A DNA stretch of 47,590 nt from a virus (lineage: Duplodnaviria > Caudoviricetes). The stretch spans positions 1-47,590 of the IMG/VR virus record IMGVR_UViG_3300016665_000364; one strand, 5' to 3'. The notes under the pieces were generated by a model. It was not told where the DNA came from and ran no database searches. It saw only the letters and a program-made list of their open reading frames with translations. The position numbers were made by a program, and so were the translations under genes. Below are positions 35,689 through 44,286 of this stretch, in pieces. Every line of letters starts with the position of its first letter. The stretch's first letter is position 1.

Positions 35689-36547
35689 CGACCCACCCAC
35701 CACCGCTCGCGCGGGACTTCTTCGCGGCCTCGATGACCGCGGCGACGTGGATGAACTCGTCGGCGCTGCCGATGGTCGGCGGCTGGCCGGTGCGGATGGC
35801 GTCCAGGAACGTGTCGAGGATGACGGCGAGGGGCTCGGGGGCGCCGGGCAGGTTCTCGCCGTCGTTGCGGTACACAGCCACGTCGTTGCCGATCTCGGTC
35901 GTGACCGTGACCCTGCGCACCTTCTCGCTGCGCGAGTACGAGTACGACGTGGACGCGCCGCATCCGCGGTCACGGTCGCCGATGTCGAGCGCAACGATGA
36001 CGCAGTCTTCTTCGTCTTCGGCTCCGTTGACGACGCTCACACGACGGACTTGCTGGTCGAACGCCAGACGCGCCAACGCCACGTCATGCGGCAGCAGATC
36101 CTCCAACGGGTCGAAGCCGCGCTCATCCTGCGCGTGGCGAGCCGCGTGGAACTGCCGGATGCCGTCCGACGCAAGAAGCTGCAACACGCCCGCGTGCGCC
36201 TCCCACGTAAAGTCGCACATCAGCACCAACCCCCGCCGCTTCGCCTCGTCGGCGAGCATCTCGGCCTGCGCCTTGGTACGGGCCAAGGGCTTCTCGCAGA
36301 GGACGTGCTTGTGCGCGACGATGAGCTCACGCACGAGGAGTTCATGCGTCTCGATCGGCGAGGCCACCCAGCAGCCGTCGCAGCCCGTGAAGTCGTACGG
36401 TGGACGAACGGGCACGCCGTGCTCGGAGGCGAGGGCCACCGCAGCGTCCGTGTCCGGGTCGCTGACCCACGCCAGCACGCCAGCCTTCGCCATCGCACGC
36501 GCGGCGTTGCGGCCCCAGCGGCCGGCTCCGATTAGGCCGATCTTCAT
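35678..36547 (-). CDS. Gfo/Idh/MocA NAD-dependent oxidoreductase (GnnA/WlbA/WbpB-like)
   Basis: IGLIGAGRWG Rossmann motif, HVLCEKP and DLLPHD catalytic motif. Confidence 0.9.
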   Translation of the reverse strand: MKIGLIGAGRWGRNAARAMAKAGVLAWVSDPDTDAAVALASEHGVPVRPPYDFTGCDGCWVASPIETHELLVRELIVAHKHVLCEKPLARTKAQAEMLADEAKRRGLVLMCDFTWEAHAGVLQLLASDGIRQFHAARHAQDERGFDPLEDLLPHDVALARLAFDQQVRRVSVVNGAEDEEDCVIVALDIGDRDRGCGASTSYSYSRSEKVRRVTVTTEIGNDVAVYRNDGENLPGAPEPLAVILDTFLDAIRTGQPPTIGSADEFIHVAAVIEAAKKSRASGGGWVDVV

Positions 36548-36675
36548 TTGCTCACTCCTCGCAAGAACGCAGCGATGAGCCACGCACCCTCCCACATGGC
36601 GAGCATCCCGCCGGGCACCCTCCACTCGGTCGGGCCTGTTGCTGCGAGCACCAACCCAAAGGCGAGAGCAATCAT
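36544..36675 (-). CDS. 43-aa hydrophobic peptide (not in ORF track)
   Basis: MIALAFGLVLAATGPTEWRVPGGMLAMWEGAWLIAAFLRGVSK; ATGA overlaps with both flanking genes. Confidence 0.55.
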   Translation of the reverse strand: MIALAFGLVLAATGPTEWRVPGGMLAMWEGAWLIAAFLRGVSK

Positions 36676-37706
36676 CCCCTCACCGCCTTCTTCACGTGCT
36701 CAATCACGTACGCCACCTGCTCGTCGCTCATGTGCGCGTGGCACGGCAGCGACAGCACGCTCCGCGACCACTCCGTCTCGCGCCCGTCCGCCGTGGTGCG
36801 GTAGTGCACCATCGCGCCGATGCCGACAGAGCGGAGGTAGGCCAGCACGCGATCGCGCCCGTTGGTGCGAACGACGTACTGATGCCACGCGTGGTCCGGT
36901 TCCCACTTCGGCAGCTTCAGTTCAATGCCGTAGGGTTCGTCGTATTCGCGCGCCTTGTGGAACGCCAAGAGTTCGTCTGTGTACGCCCGCGCGATCTGCC
37001 GCTTGCGCTCCACCCACGCATCCAGACGCTTCAGCTTGGCGCGAAGCACGTCGGCGTTCACACCGTCCATGCGCAGGTTCCACCCTCGCGACCAGTGCCG
37101 GTCCGTCGCGCGGTCGTAGCCGTGCTCGCGGATGCGACGCGCCTTCGCGGCGGCCACGCTGTCCTTGAACGTCACGACGCCGCCCTGACCCATGCCGCCG
37201 AGGTTCTTCGACGGGTACAGCGACCACGCCGCGGCGACGCCGATGGTGCCAGCGCGCTTGTTGCCGTGGGCCTGCGACGCGTCCTCTAGGAGCTGCACGC
37301 CGGCCTCGGCACAGCTCCGGGCCACGCGGTCTGCGTCGGCCGTCGAGCCGTAGAGCCAGACGGCCACGTGGGCATCCTGCTCGTTGAACTCGATGCGCCT
37401 GCCGCTTCGCTCCACGGCGGCGCGAGTCGCAACGAACGTCTCGCTCGGCACAGAGACGCGAGCGTTGTCGTCAGTGCACGCCCGCACCATCAGCTCCACG
37501 GCATCTGTCCCCGACGAGCACGCCACCGCATGCACGCCGCCGCCGACGTACGCCGCGAACTCGTGCTCGAACGCCTCGACGCTCTCCGCGCCGAGATAGT
37601 TGCCGCTGCGAAGTCGCGCGAGGACGACGGGTTCCACCTCGTCTGCAATCTCGCGCCACTGAGCCGCTAGGTCAGTCGCTGGTACCTGTAGGACCGCTGC
37701 CATCAT
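36672..37706 (-). CDS. DegT/DnrJ/EryC1/StrS PLP aminotransferase (GnnB/WlbC/WbpE-like)
   Basis: FEHEFA, SSGTDA, EDASQAHG, SLYPSKNLG (PLP Lys), G.N.RMD and LSLP motifs. Confidence 0.93.
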   Translation of the reverse strand: MMAAVLQVPATDLAAQWREIADEVEPVVLARLRSGNYLGAESVEAFEHEFAAYVGGGVHAVACSSGTDAVELMVRACTDDNARVSVPSETFVATRAAVERSGRRIEFNEQDAHVAVWLYGSTADADRVARSCAEAGVQLLEDASQAHGNKRAGTIGVAAAWSLYPSKNLGGMGQGGVVTFKDSVAAAKARRIREHGYDRATDRHWSRGWNLRMDGVNADVLRAKLKRLDAWVERKRQIARAYTDELLAFHKAREYDEPYGIELKLPKWEPDHAWHQYVVRTNGRDRVLAYLRSVGIGAMVHYRTTADGRETEWSRSVLSLPCHAHMSDEQVAYVIEHVKKAVRG

Positions 37707-38106
37707 CGCTCCGAGGGCCGTTGCCCTGCTGTTGACTCTGCTCCCACCGCATGAAGGCCAGGACGCGCTCGGTATCGACGGGATCCGCCGCAGCCTGCGC
37801 AGCCTGATCGAGCCCGCCGAACTTCTCGACCCACGCGAGCAGCGCGCGCAACGCCACGCCGTCGTCGGGTGAGTTGATCAATTCGGCCCACCGCTCCGAC
37901 ACGCGAACCGCCTGGGTCCGCATGTCGCGGTGGAACGCCTTCGTCATCTCGCGCTGCGCTGCGTCCACTTCGGCCGCAAACTCAGCGTCCTGCATCCAGC
38001 GGCAGACGGTGGCTCGATCGCACCCCAGCTCACGACCCGTCTCTGCCTGCGTCTTGCCGGATGCGAGTAGCTCTACCGCCCGGCGCTTTCGTGCGTCGAG
38101 CGCCAT
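37672..38106 (-). CDS. terS: Terminase small subunit candidate (N-terminal HTH)
   Basis: RAVELLASGKTQAETGRELGCDRATVCRW..DAEF HTH followed by helices; first gene of the late block. Confidence 0.65.
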   Translation of the reverse strand: MALDARKRRAVELLASGKTQAETGRELGCDRATVCRWMQDAEFAAEVDAAQREMTKAFHRDMRTQAVRVSERWAELINSPDDGVALRALLAWVEKFGGLDQAAQAAADPVDTERVLAFMRWEQSQQQGNGPRSDDGSGPTGTSD

Positions 38107-38186
38107 GTTGTGTTCGTTGACCTGTCGTTGTCAGAATTAGCGCCCGCTCCCATGCGCGCAGCGGTACGAGCCGCGAAGATGCGCCG

Positions 38187-38612
38187 TTACGGGGAGGGAC
38201 CGTGTGATGCGCTAGTGAGCGCTGCTACAGGGCGGGCACTCGCGTGGGGTTGTGGATGGTTGTGGATGGGTGTGACGTCACTGAGACAGAATCGGATTTT
38301 GTCCCAACGTTTGCCGCACACGCACCGCCGGCAGACGAACGCCTGCGTCCCATCAGCAAGCGCAAGCGAGTCGCCCACCCTGTGCTTCAAGCACAATTCG
38401 CACTTGGGCCACCTCGCCTTTGATGCGCGCTGGTGCCAGCGCACGGCGCACCTCCGGTCGAAGAACCTCTTCCCCTTCGGGCCGGGGTTGATGTGACGCC
38501 CGCATCCGCAGTCGCACAGCTTCGCCGACTTCGCGGCTGGTGTCGGTGCGAAGCATGGTCGCCCCACACCCCGCAGGTCTTCGTCCTCGGGAGCAAACTC
38601 GCGGGTGTCCAT
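38187..38612 (-). CDS. Cys-rich zinc-binding hypothetical protein
   Basis: CDCGCG..KRFF..RC, CELC, CRRC; TGATG-coupled. Confidence 0.55.
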   Translation of the reverse strand: MDTREFAPEDEDLRGVGRPCFAPTPAAKSAKLCDCGCGRHINPGPKGKRFFDRRCAVRWHQRASKARWPKCELCLKHRVGDSLALADGTQAFVCRRCVCGKRWDKIRFCLSDVTPIHNHPQPHASARPVAALTSASHGPSP

Positions 38613-38983
38613 CAGAACGGCAGCCTCGACTGTCCCCGCCGCTCGACCGCCTCGATGCGCTTGTCCATCGCCTCGACCCGCACCGACACTGCGATCACGC
38701 GGTCCTCGATGCGCTGCACGGCGGCTGCGACCTTCTCGGCGAGCTGGTCGATGTCGCGCCGGTCGCCGTCCAGTGCGGCCTCGAGCTCGCGGCCGAGGAC
38801 CAGGTAGCGCCGCCCACGTCCTGTCCCTGACGCGACGACGATGCGCCGTCCGGTGTCCCGCTCCATGCGCCGCAGGACGGCCAGCACGGTGCGGTCAGGG
38901 CGGGCGCGACGGTCGATGGCGAACCGCTCGGCGACCTCCAGCAGGGAGAGCACCTCGTTCGAGCCGGTGCCGGCGGGGTTCAT
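38612..38983 (-). CDS. Winged-HTH-like DNA-binding protein with coiled-coil tail
   Basis: LSLLEVAERF...GRRYLV..ELE; ATGA overlap. Confidence 0.55.
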   Translation of the reverse strand: MNPAGTGSNEVLSLLEVAERFAIDRRARPDRTVLAVLRRMERDTGRRIVVASGTGRGRRYLVLGRELEAALDGDRRDIDQLAEKVAAAVQRIEDRVIAVSVRVEAMDKRIEAVERRGQSRLPF

Positions 38984-39351
38984 GCCGCCACCCGTCCGCC
39001 GCCCTGTACGGCCCCCAGCGCGCGCCACGCACGGCGGAACGCCTGGACGGCCACCATCAGGTCCGCGACGCGCTCACAGAGCGTCCTGTGGGCCGCGTGG
39101 GCCTCCCGGCAGCGCCCCGGCGGGACGTACTCGTGCGCCGCGAGGAGCAGCGCGCGGGAGTATGGCGTCAGGCTATCGAGCGCCCGCGTGATGCGCCGGG
39201 CTCGCGTCGCCGCATCGCGCCGCAGGTCGTCCATCGTGTCTGGGCTGCCGCCCATCGAGGGCTCCAGCGGCACCGCGCGCCGTCCGTGCTCGCCCTCGGA
39301 GCAGTTCACGAGCCAGTCGATCTCGACCTCCCACCAACCCGGTCGCCCCAT
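38980..39351 (-). CDS. Hypothetical protein, candidate late-gene regulator
   Basis: GGAGGG RBS before ATG 39351; ITRALDSLTPYSRALL resembles a sigma region-4/Q-like helix; sits between replication and late genes. Confidence 0.5.
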   Translation of the reverse strand: MGRPGWWEVEIDWLVNCSEGEHGRRAVPLEPSMGGSPDTMDDLRRDAATRARRITRALDSLTPYSRALLLAAHEYVPPGRCREAHAAHRTLCERVADLMVAVQAFRRAWRALGAVQGGGRVAA

Positions 39352-39455
39352 CGGTCCCTCCGACGCTATGTCTCCCGACTCTATGCTGAACGGATGAGCA
39401 GTGCAAGCGAATGAGGCGTAAGAGAAGGCCACCGGCGTGCGCCTGGCGTGGTGCT

Positions 39456-39716
39456 GATCCGACCGATCCGACTGATCCGGCCGTTTCCTAGGAGAATATT
39501 TTTGTGCGCGCGCGTGAGTGAGGAGGGGGTTACTCGAATGCATGTGTGTGGATAGGTTGGATCGGTCGGATCAGGTCCACTTAGTCACGCAATATCAACA
39601 ACTTAGAGGTTGGATCACCAGGTCGGATCAGGTCGGATCAGATCCAACCTCGAACCGCAGAGCGCGACACAACTGTCAGTCATGAACGCACCCACACGCG
39701 CAAAATTGATCCGACC
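39456..39716. repeat. Putative replication origin with 9-bp iterons GGTYGGATC
   Basis: About 10 copies in both orientations (39456, 39465, 39474, 39555, 39564, 39608, 39621, 39631, 39641, 39708), AT-richer spacers, and IHF consensus TATCAA-CAAC-TTA at 39593-39605. Confidence 0.75.
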
Positions 39717-41836
39717 TCGCGCTGGCGGACCTGCCGGTATCCGAGCCGGCGCATGATGGTCGCGACGCGCATCTCTGTGCCTTTGACCCGCTGCGAGGTG
39801 GGCAGGTTGAGCGCTTTGTCGAGGATGGCGTTGGTAGTGATGGGGGTGGACGGCTGGCGGTTGGCTAGCCACTCGGTGACCGGCTCCTCCCACGAGTCCT
39901 CGACCTGGTACTGCGCGGCATCGACCTCGCGCTGGCCCTCCTCCTCGTCGGAGAGCCACCACGTCTCGCCCCCCCTGTAGCGCGTGACGGCCTCTGCCCA
40001 GAGCTGGTCGCGCCACTCGGCGGCGAGCTCGTAGGCCACGCGGTCTCCGACGCGCAGGATGTTGAATCGACGCGAGCCGGTGGGGTCGGTGAGGAACTGG
40101 TCCTCGTTGGTCGTCCCGACGATGACGGTTGAGCGCGGGTGCACGGCGGTCGTGCGGCCGAACGGCGCGCGGAAGGTATCGTGTGTGGACGAGGCGAACG
40201 CCTTGACCTCGGATGCCCGGCGGGACGTGGTGACATTCTCGATCTCCGCCCACTCGTAGATCCACGCGCTGTGGAGTTGCAGCAGGCCGTCCTTGTCGGT
40301 GATGTCCATGTGCGTGTCGGCGAACCACTCGCCGCCTAGCGTGGCGAAGAACGACGACTTGCGCGCACGCTGGCGACCGACCAGCACGAGCGCCGTGTCA
40401 ACCTTGCAGCCGGGCCGCAGGGCTCGCGCGGCGGCGGCGACGAACCACTTGGTCACCATGGACTGATTCAGCGCGTTGTTGTCCGCGCGGAGCACGTCGG
40501 GGACGACGCGGTTGATGCGCTCCTCACCGTCCCACGTCAGGCCCGAGAGGTACTGCTGGACCGGGTGGTACCGCCGCGCGTCGGAGACGGTGCCAATGGC
40601 GGCGCGCACGTCGGCCTCGCCGGGCTGAATGCCGAAGTGTTGCTCGAGCTCGCGGCGGATGCGGCCGACGTCTGCGTCGGTGACGGGCCGACCGGCGAGC
40701 ATGGGCGTCAGGCGCATCTCGTCGTAGGTGAGGCGCGTGCCGTAGGAGTCGTGGTGTTCGAGGATGCGGCAGATGTTGTCGAACGTCTTGCGCACCTGGC
40801 CGTTGCTCGCCGTCGCAAGCATGGCGCGCCAGTTGTCCGAAGAGGCGATGCGCGGAGCGTTGTTTGCGACCGGCTCGGGCGCGTCGTCGAGCATGTCAGG
40901 CGGCACGCTCGGCACGTAGTCCGGGTCGGGGTCGGGCGGCGGCGTGGGGACCGGCTTGACTCGGTTGGCGAGGTAGCCGAACTCGGTCGTGGCATCCTGC
41001 TCGGCGTCCTCGACCTTGTGGCGGAGCTCGCGGTCGCTCCACGGCGGCTGGCAGCGCGGGTTGAACTCGGTGCGCAGCATCTGAAGCGCGCGGGCCGGTG
41101 GGATGGAGAACCCGCGGACGAGCGACAGCGCGGCGGACCACAGCGCTTGGTGCCCACCGCTGCCGGAGATCGACGGCGGCAGCTTGGCGAGGTACTTGAG
41201 CGCGCGCTTCTCGACGTCGCCGCGCGGCGCGGTGGCCTCCTGTGCGGCGCGTGTGCGTTCGTTCTCCTCGTACTTGTGGGCGGCCAGGATGCCGTCGGGG
41301 TCGAGCGGCGCGGAGCCGGCGAGTCTGACGAGTTGGTAGTGGTCGGTCTTGCCAGGGCTGTACCAGAACCGCGCGACGTCCTTGGTGGCCGGGTCGATGC
41401 GTTGCCCAGCGCCGCTGGCGAGCTTCTGCGCCCAGCGCCAGACGATGGGGTACTCGTCGGGCGAGACGTTGCGCGTGAGCGGCAGGACGACGCGGAAGCG
41501 GGGCGCGTCGGGCTTGTGCTTGCGGCTTGTGTGGATCGCGCCGTAGTGGTCGGCCCAGAGGTCGAGCGCGGCCTCGATGGTCGTGCCGCTGTCGTAGTCG
41601 AGCACCAGCGCCGACATGGCGACGACGTTGGACGCGGCGCGGATGGGCGGGTCACAGATGGCCGCGGACCAGCCGGGCTGCTTCATGTCGCCGCGGTAGC
41701 GGGGCGGGTCGACCCAGGAGGCGAACACGTCCTCCCAGGTCGTGACGATGGCGGTGCCTTCGGTGTCGTGGAGCGACGGCCACGACATGATGGCGGCGGA
41801 TGGCGTGGTGGTGTTGGCGTCGCAGTTGGTCATCAT
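39680..41836 (-). CDS. Primase-helicase: AEP/PrimPol domain, PriCT domain and VapE-type helicase
   Basis: LVLDYD, HTSRKH, RFRVVLPL; ISGSGGH...RCQPPWS..EL..K; PGCKVD..LVLVG.Q...KSS, WIYEWAE, GTTN..FL.DPTGSRRF. Confidence 0.92.
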   Translation of the reverse strand: MMTNCDANTTTPSAAIMSWPSLHDTEGTAIVTTWEDVFASWVDPPRYRGDMKQPGWSAAICDPPIRAASNVVAMSALVLDYDSGTTIEAALDLWADHYGAIHTSRKHKPDAPRFRVVLPLTRNVSPDEYPIVWRWAQKLASGAGQRIDPATKDVARFWYSPGKTDHYQLVRLAGSAPLDPDGILAAHKYEENERTRAAQEATAPRGDVEKRALKYLAKLPPSISGSGGHQALWSAALSLVRGFSIPPARALQMLRTEFNPRCQPPWSDRELRHKVEDAEQDATTEFGYLANRVKPVPTPPPDPDPDYVPSVPPDMLDDAPEPVANNAPRIASSDNWRAMLATASNGQVRKTFDNICRILEHHDSYGTRLTYDEMRLTPMLAGRPVTDADVGRIRRELEQHFGIQPGEADVRAAIGTVSDARRYHPVQQYLSGLTWDGEERINRVVPDVLRADNNALNQSMVTKWFVAAAARALRPGCKVDTALVLVGRQRARKSSFFATLGGEWFADTHMDITDKDGLLQLHSAWIYEWAEIENVTTSRRASEVKAFASSTHDTFRAPFGRTTAVHPRSTVIVGTTNEDQFLTDPTGSRRFNILRVGDRVAYELAAEWRDQLWAEAVTRYRGGETWWLSDEEEGQREVDAAQYQVEDSWEEPVTEWLANRQPSTPITTNAILDKALNLPTSQRVKGTEMRVATIMRRLGYRQVRQREVGSILRVWVRS

Positions 41837-42816
41837 TCGCGCTCCCCACGGCGCGCGCGCTCGATGGCGGCGCGGGCTTCTTCGACACTTCGCACGATGG
41901 CGGCGAACCCACCCGCAGCGCGGACGAGGTTGATGAAGTCGACCTGTTCGGGTCGGACGCGTCCGCCGGGGCGTTTGACCTCGAGAGCGATGAAGCGCGC
42001 GATCTCGGATGCGTGACCAGCGCAGGCAACGTCGGCTCCATCGCAGGCCTGCGCGTCAGCATCGAAACACACGCGCTCCACCTTGACGGTCAGCAGCCCA
42101 ATCAAGTCCGACCCACCCGTCCCCCCGACGCCGTATGGGACCGTGTACCGCGCGCGCGTTCCCTCGAAGACGGCCGTGCCGATTTGATTTCGCCACAAGA
42201 CGAGTCCGGGCTCCATCCCAAGACCCAACCGAATCTGCTGCTGGATGACCGCCTCACTCGTACCGACGTCCTTCACCTCCGACACTGGCCCGGCGAAATG
42301 CCCCGCCTCATCGCGCGGCCTCTCGCGCCGGTTCTTGGCCTGCTCGCTGATGGTCGCCCACCGCACGTTGCCGGGCTCGTAGTGGCCGTCGTTGTCGATG
42401 CGGTCGAGCGAGTTGTCGTCGGACGGTCGCGGGCCAACGTCGGCCAGAAAGCTCTCAAACGACTCACGCCACCTGCCGCAAATGGTGATGCCGCGACCAC
42501 CGTAGTTCGGATACGCCTTGTGCTTCGGGTTCTCGCACCGGGCGATGATGTTCGCCCAAGCGATGTACTCTGGTGTGTACTTGCCGCCCGCCTTGTGCCC
42601 GTGCGTCCTCGTTCGGCGCGACACGTCTTCACGCTGAAAGCACCCGCACGAGGTCGAGTTTCCGCGCCGAAGGCTCGACCCGCCAACAACCTTCTCCGTC
42701 CCACACGAGCAGCGGCACAGCCACTTCGCCTGCCCCTTGAATTCGAGAACGGTCCAGCGCCCAAAGGTCTGCCCAGTGAGGTCGATCCACGTCTTCGTTT
42801 TGCACCCCTGAGTCAT
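41833..42816 (-). CDS. HNH endonuclease fused in frame to VRR-NUC (PD-(D/E)XK) nuclease
   Basis: DLTGQTFGRW, CRCSCG, YGGRGI, SLDRIDNDGHYEPGNVRWAT, then with no stop EAVIQQQI, GSDLIG, ALEVKRPGG, Q..F. Confidence 0.85.
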   Translation of the reverse strand: MTQGCKTKTWIDLTGQTFGRWTVLEFKGQAKWLCRCSCGTEKVVGGSSLRRGNSTSCGCFQREDVSRRTRTHGHKAGGKYTPEYIAWANIIARCENPKHKAYPNYGGRGITICGRWRESFESFLADVGPRPSDDNSLDRIDNDGHYEPGNVRWATISEQAKNRRERPRDEAGHFAGPVSEVKDVGTSEAVIQQQIRLGLGMEPGLVLWRNQIGTAVFEGTRARYTVPYGVGGTGGSDLIGLLTVKVERVCFDADAQACDGADVACAGHASEIARFIALEVKRPGGRVRPEQVDFINLVRAAGGFAAIVRSVEEARAAIERARRGERE

Positions 42817-44159
42817 CACGCCACCTCCCCTCGGAACCGGGGCGGTGCCCCGTATCGCGCCAAGTACCGATGAAACGCCCAGCCCTGCTTGAACCCGCGC
42901 GCACTGGCCTCCGCCTGTAGGCGCTGCCAGTAGTCGCGCCGCTGGTCCTCGGTGTGCGCCTCGCTGATGCGCTGGAGGCGTTCGCGTCGAACCTCCGGCG
43001 ACTCGGGCAGAGGCGCGGACGCACCGCATCGAGGGCAGATGACGGCGGGCTTGAAGACCGCGCCGCACGTCTTGCACTGCTTGACCGGCTCGACCTTATC
43101 TCCGCTGCTGATGGCCTCGCCGTCGAGCGAGTACGCGCGGTCGGCGTCAGGCATGCCGTGCTTGTGGACCGCGCCGCGAAGGTCGATGACGAGCGCCGAC
43201 TCACCGGACGCTTCTGGACGAAGCGCACGGCCGACGGCTTGGAGGTACATCGCCACCGAGTCGCACCCGCGGGCGATGACGACGCACTTGCACGCAGGGA
43301 CGTCGAAGCCCTCGGAGATGAGCGAGCAGTTGGTGATGACCTGCGTCTCGCCCGATGCAAACCGCGCGAGCGCCGCGTCCCGGTCGCGCGTGGCCATGGT
43401 GCCGTCCACGTACTCGGCAGCGACCGAAGCAGCGCGGAGCGCGTCAGCCGTCTCCTTCGCGTGCGTGACGTTCGCGCAGAAGATGATGGCGCGCTTGTTC
43501 TCGCCGTGTTCGAGGTACGCCTCGGCGGCGTCCGCGGCGAGTTGGGTCTTCGACGCGGGCGGCGCCCAGACCTCGCACGGCACGAGGTAGCCCCCGGCGG
43601 TCAGTTCGGCGACGGTGGCCACGACCACCATGCGGTCGAACACGTCGCCCAGCGGCGAGCGGTCCGCGCGTTCTGGCGTCGCGGTGAGGCCGACGTGCTT
43701 GGCCGACGCGTACGCCTGCTGCACCGACATGAACGAGGGCGCTTTGATGTGATGGCACTCGTCCCAGATGACCAGCGTCGCGGGCGGTAGCCGGTCGCGC
43801 CATTGCTTGCTGGTGAGCGACTGGATGGCGGCGACGGTCGCGGATGCATCGACAGGACCGAGCGCGTGCCCGCCGACGATGGTCCGCGTGAGCACGCCGT
43901 GCTTGGCGAGGTGACCGGCGGCCTGCTTCACGAGCTCGCGCCGGTGAGCCACGACGAGGACGCGCCCGCCGCGCGCGACGTGCTGCGCAGCGATGGAGCC
44001 GAAGATGACCGACTTGCCAGCGCCAGTAGGCGCGACGATGACGACCGCGCGCGCACCGGAGGCGAACTCGCGACGGGCGTTCTCGATCGCCTGTTGCTGG
44101 TATGGTCGCAGCGCGGGGGAGGCGTGCGTGGGCGCACTGGGCCGGTCCGCGCAGGTCAC
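42816..44159 (-). CDS. SF2 (DExH) helicase with C-terminal zinc finger
   Basis: LRPYQ, APTGAGKS, WDECHH, GLTATP, EGFDVP, QAVGRALR, CKTC/CPRC. Confidence 0.95.
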   Translation of the reverse strand: MTCADRPSAPTHASPALRPYQQQAIENARREFASGARAVVIVAPTGAGKSVIFGSIAAQHVARGGRVLVVAHRRELVKQAAGHLAKHGVLTRTIVGGHALGPVDASATVAAIQSLTSKQWRDRLPPATLVIWDECHHIKAPSFMSVQQAYASAKHVGLTATPERADRSPLGDVFDRMVVVATVAELTAGGYLVPCEVWAPPASKTQLAADAAEAYLEHGENKRAIIFCANVTHAKETADALRAASVAAEYVDGTMATRDRDAALARFASGETQVITNCSLISEGFDVPACKCVVIARGCDSVAMYLQAVGRALRPEASGESALVIDLRGAVHKHGMPDADRAYSLDGEAISSGDKVEPVKQCKTCGAVFKPAVICPRCGASAPLPESPEVRRERLQRISEAHTEDQRRDYWQRLQAEASARGFKQGWAFHRYLARYGAPPRFRGEVA

Positions 44160-44284
44160 AGCCCCCTCGCAGCGCGCAGGTCGAGCACGGTGCGGCGACC
44201 GAGCCGAAGCAGGCGCCACGATGCGGGCACCCAGGGGCGGCAGGCGTTCAGTTTCGCGGTCTGGTTGGCGGGCTTACGGTCCAA
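44156..44284 (-). CDS. Small leader ORF coupled to the helicase (42 aa, TTG start)
   Basis: GGAG before TTG 44284; stop overlaps the helicase GTG (GTGA). Confidence 0.35.
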   Translation of the reverse strand: MDRKPANQTAKLNACRPWVPASWRLLRLGRRTVLDLRAARGL

Positions 44285-44286
44285 TG

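Noticed and set aside
33138-37706. Host LPS locus joined by misassembly, or a prophage boundary
   Set aside because: The genes overlap terS and downstream phage ORFs in the same style and codon bias, and a paralogous GT lies in the tail module. Read mapping is still needed to exclude it fully.
39456-39716. CRISPR array
   Set aside because: The repeats are 9 bp, in both orientations, without unique spacers of regular length, and there are no cas genes.
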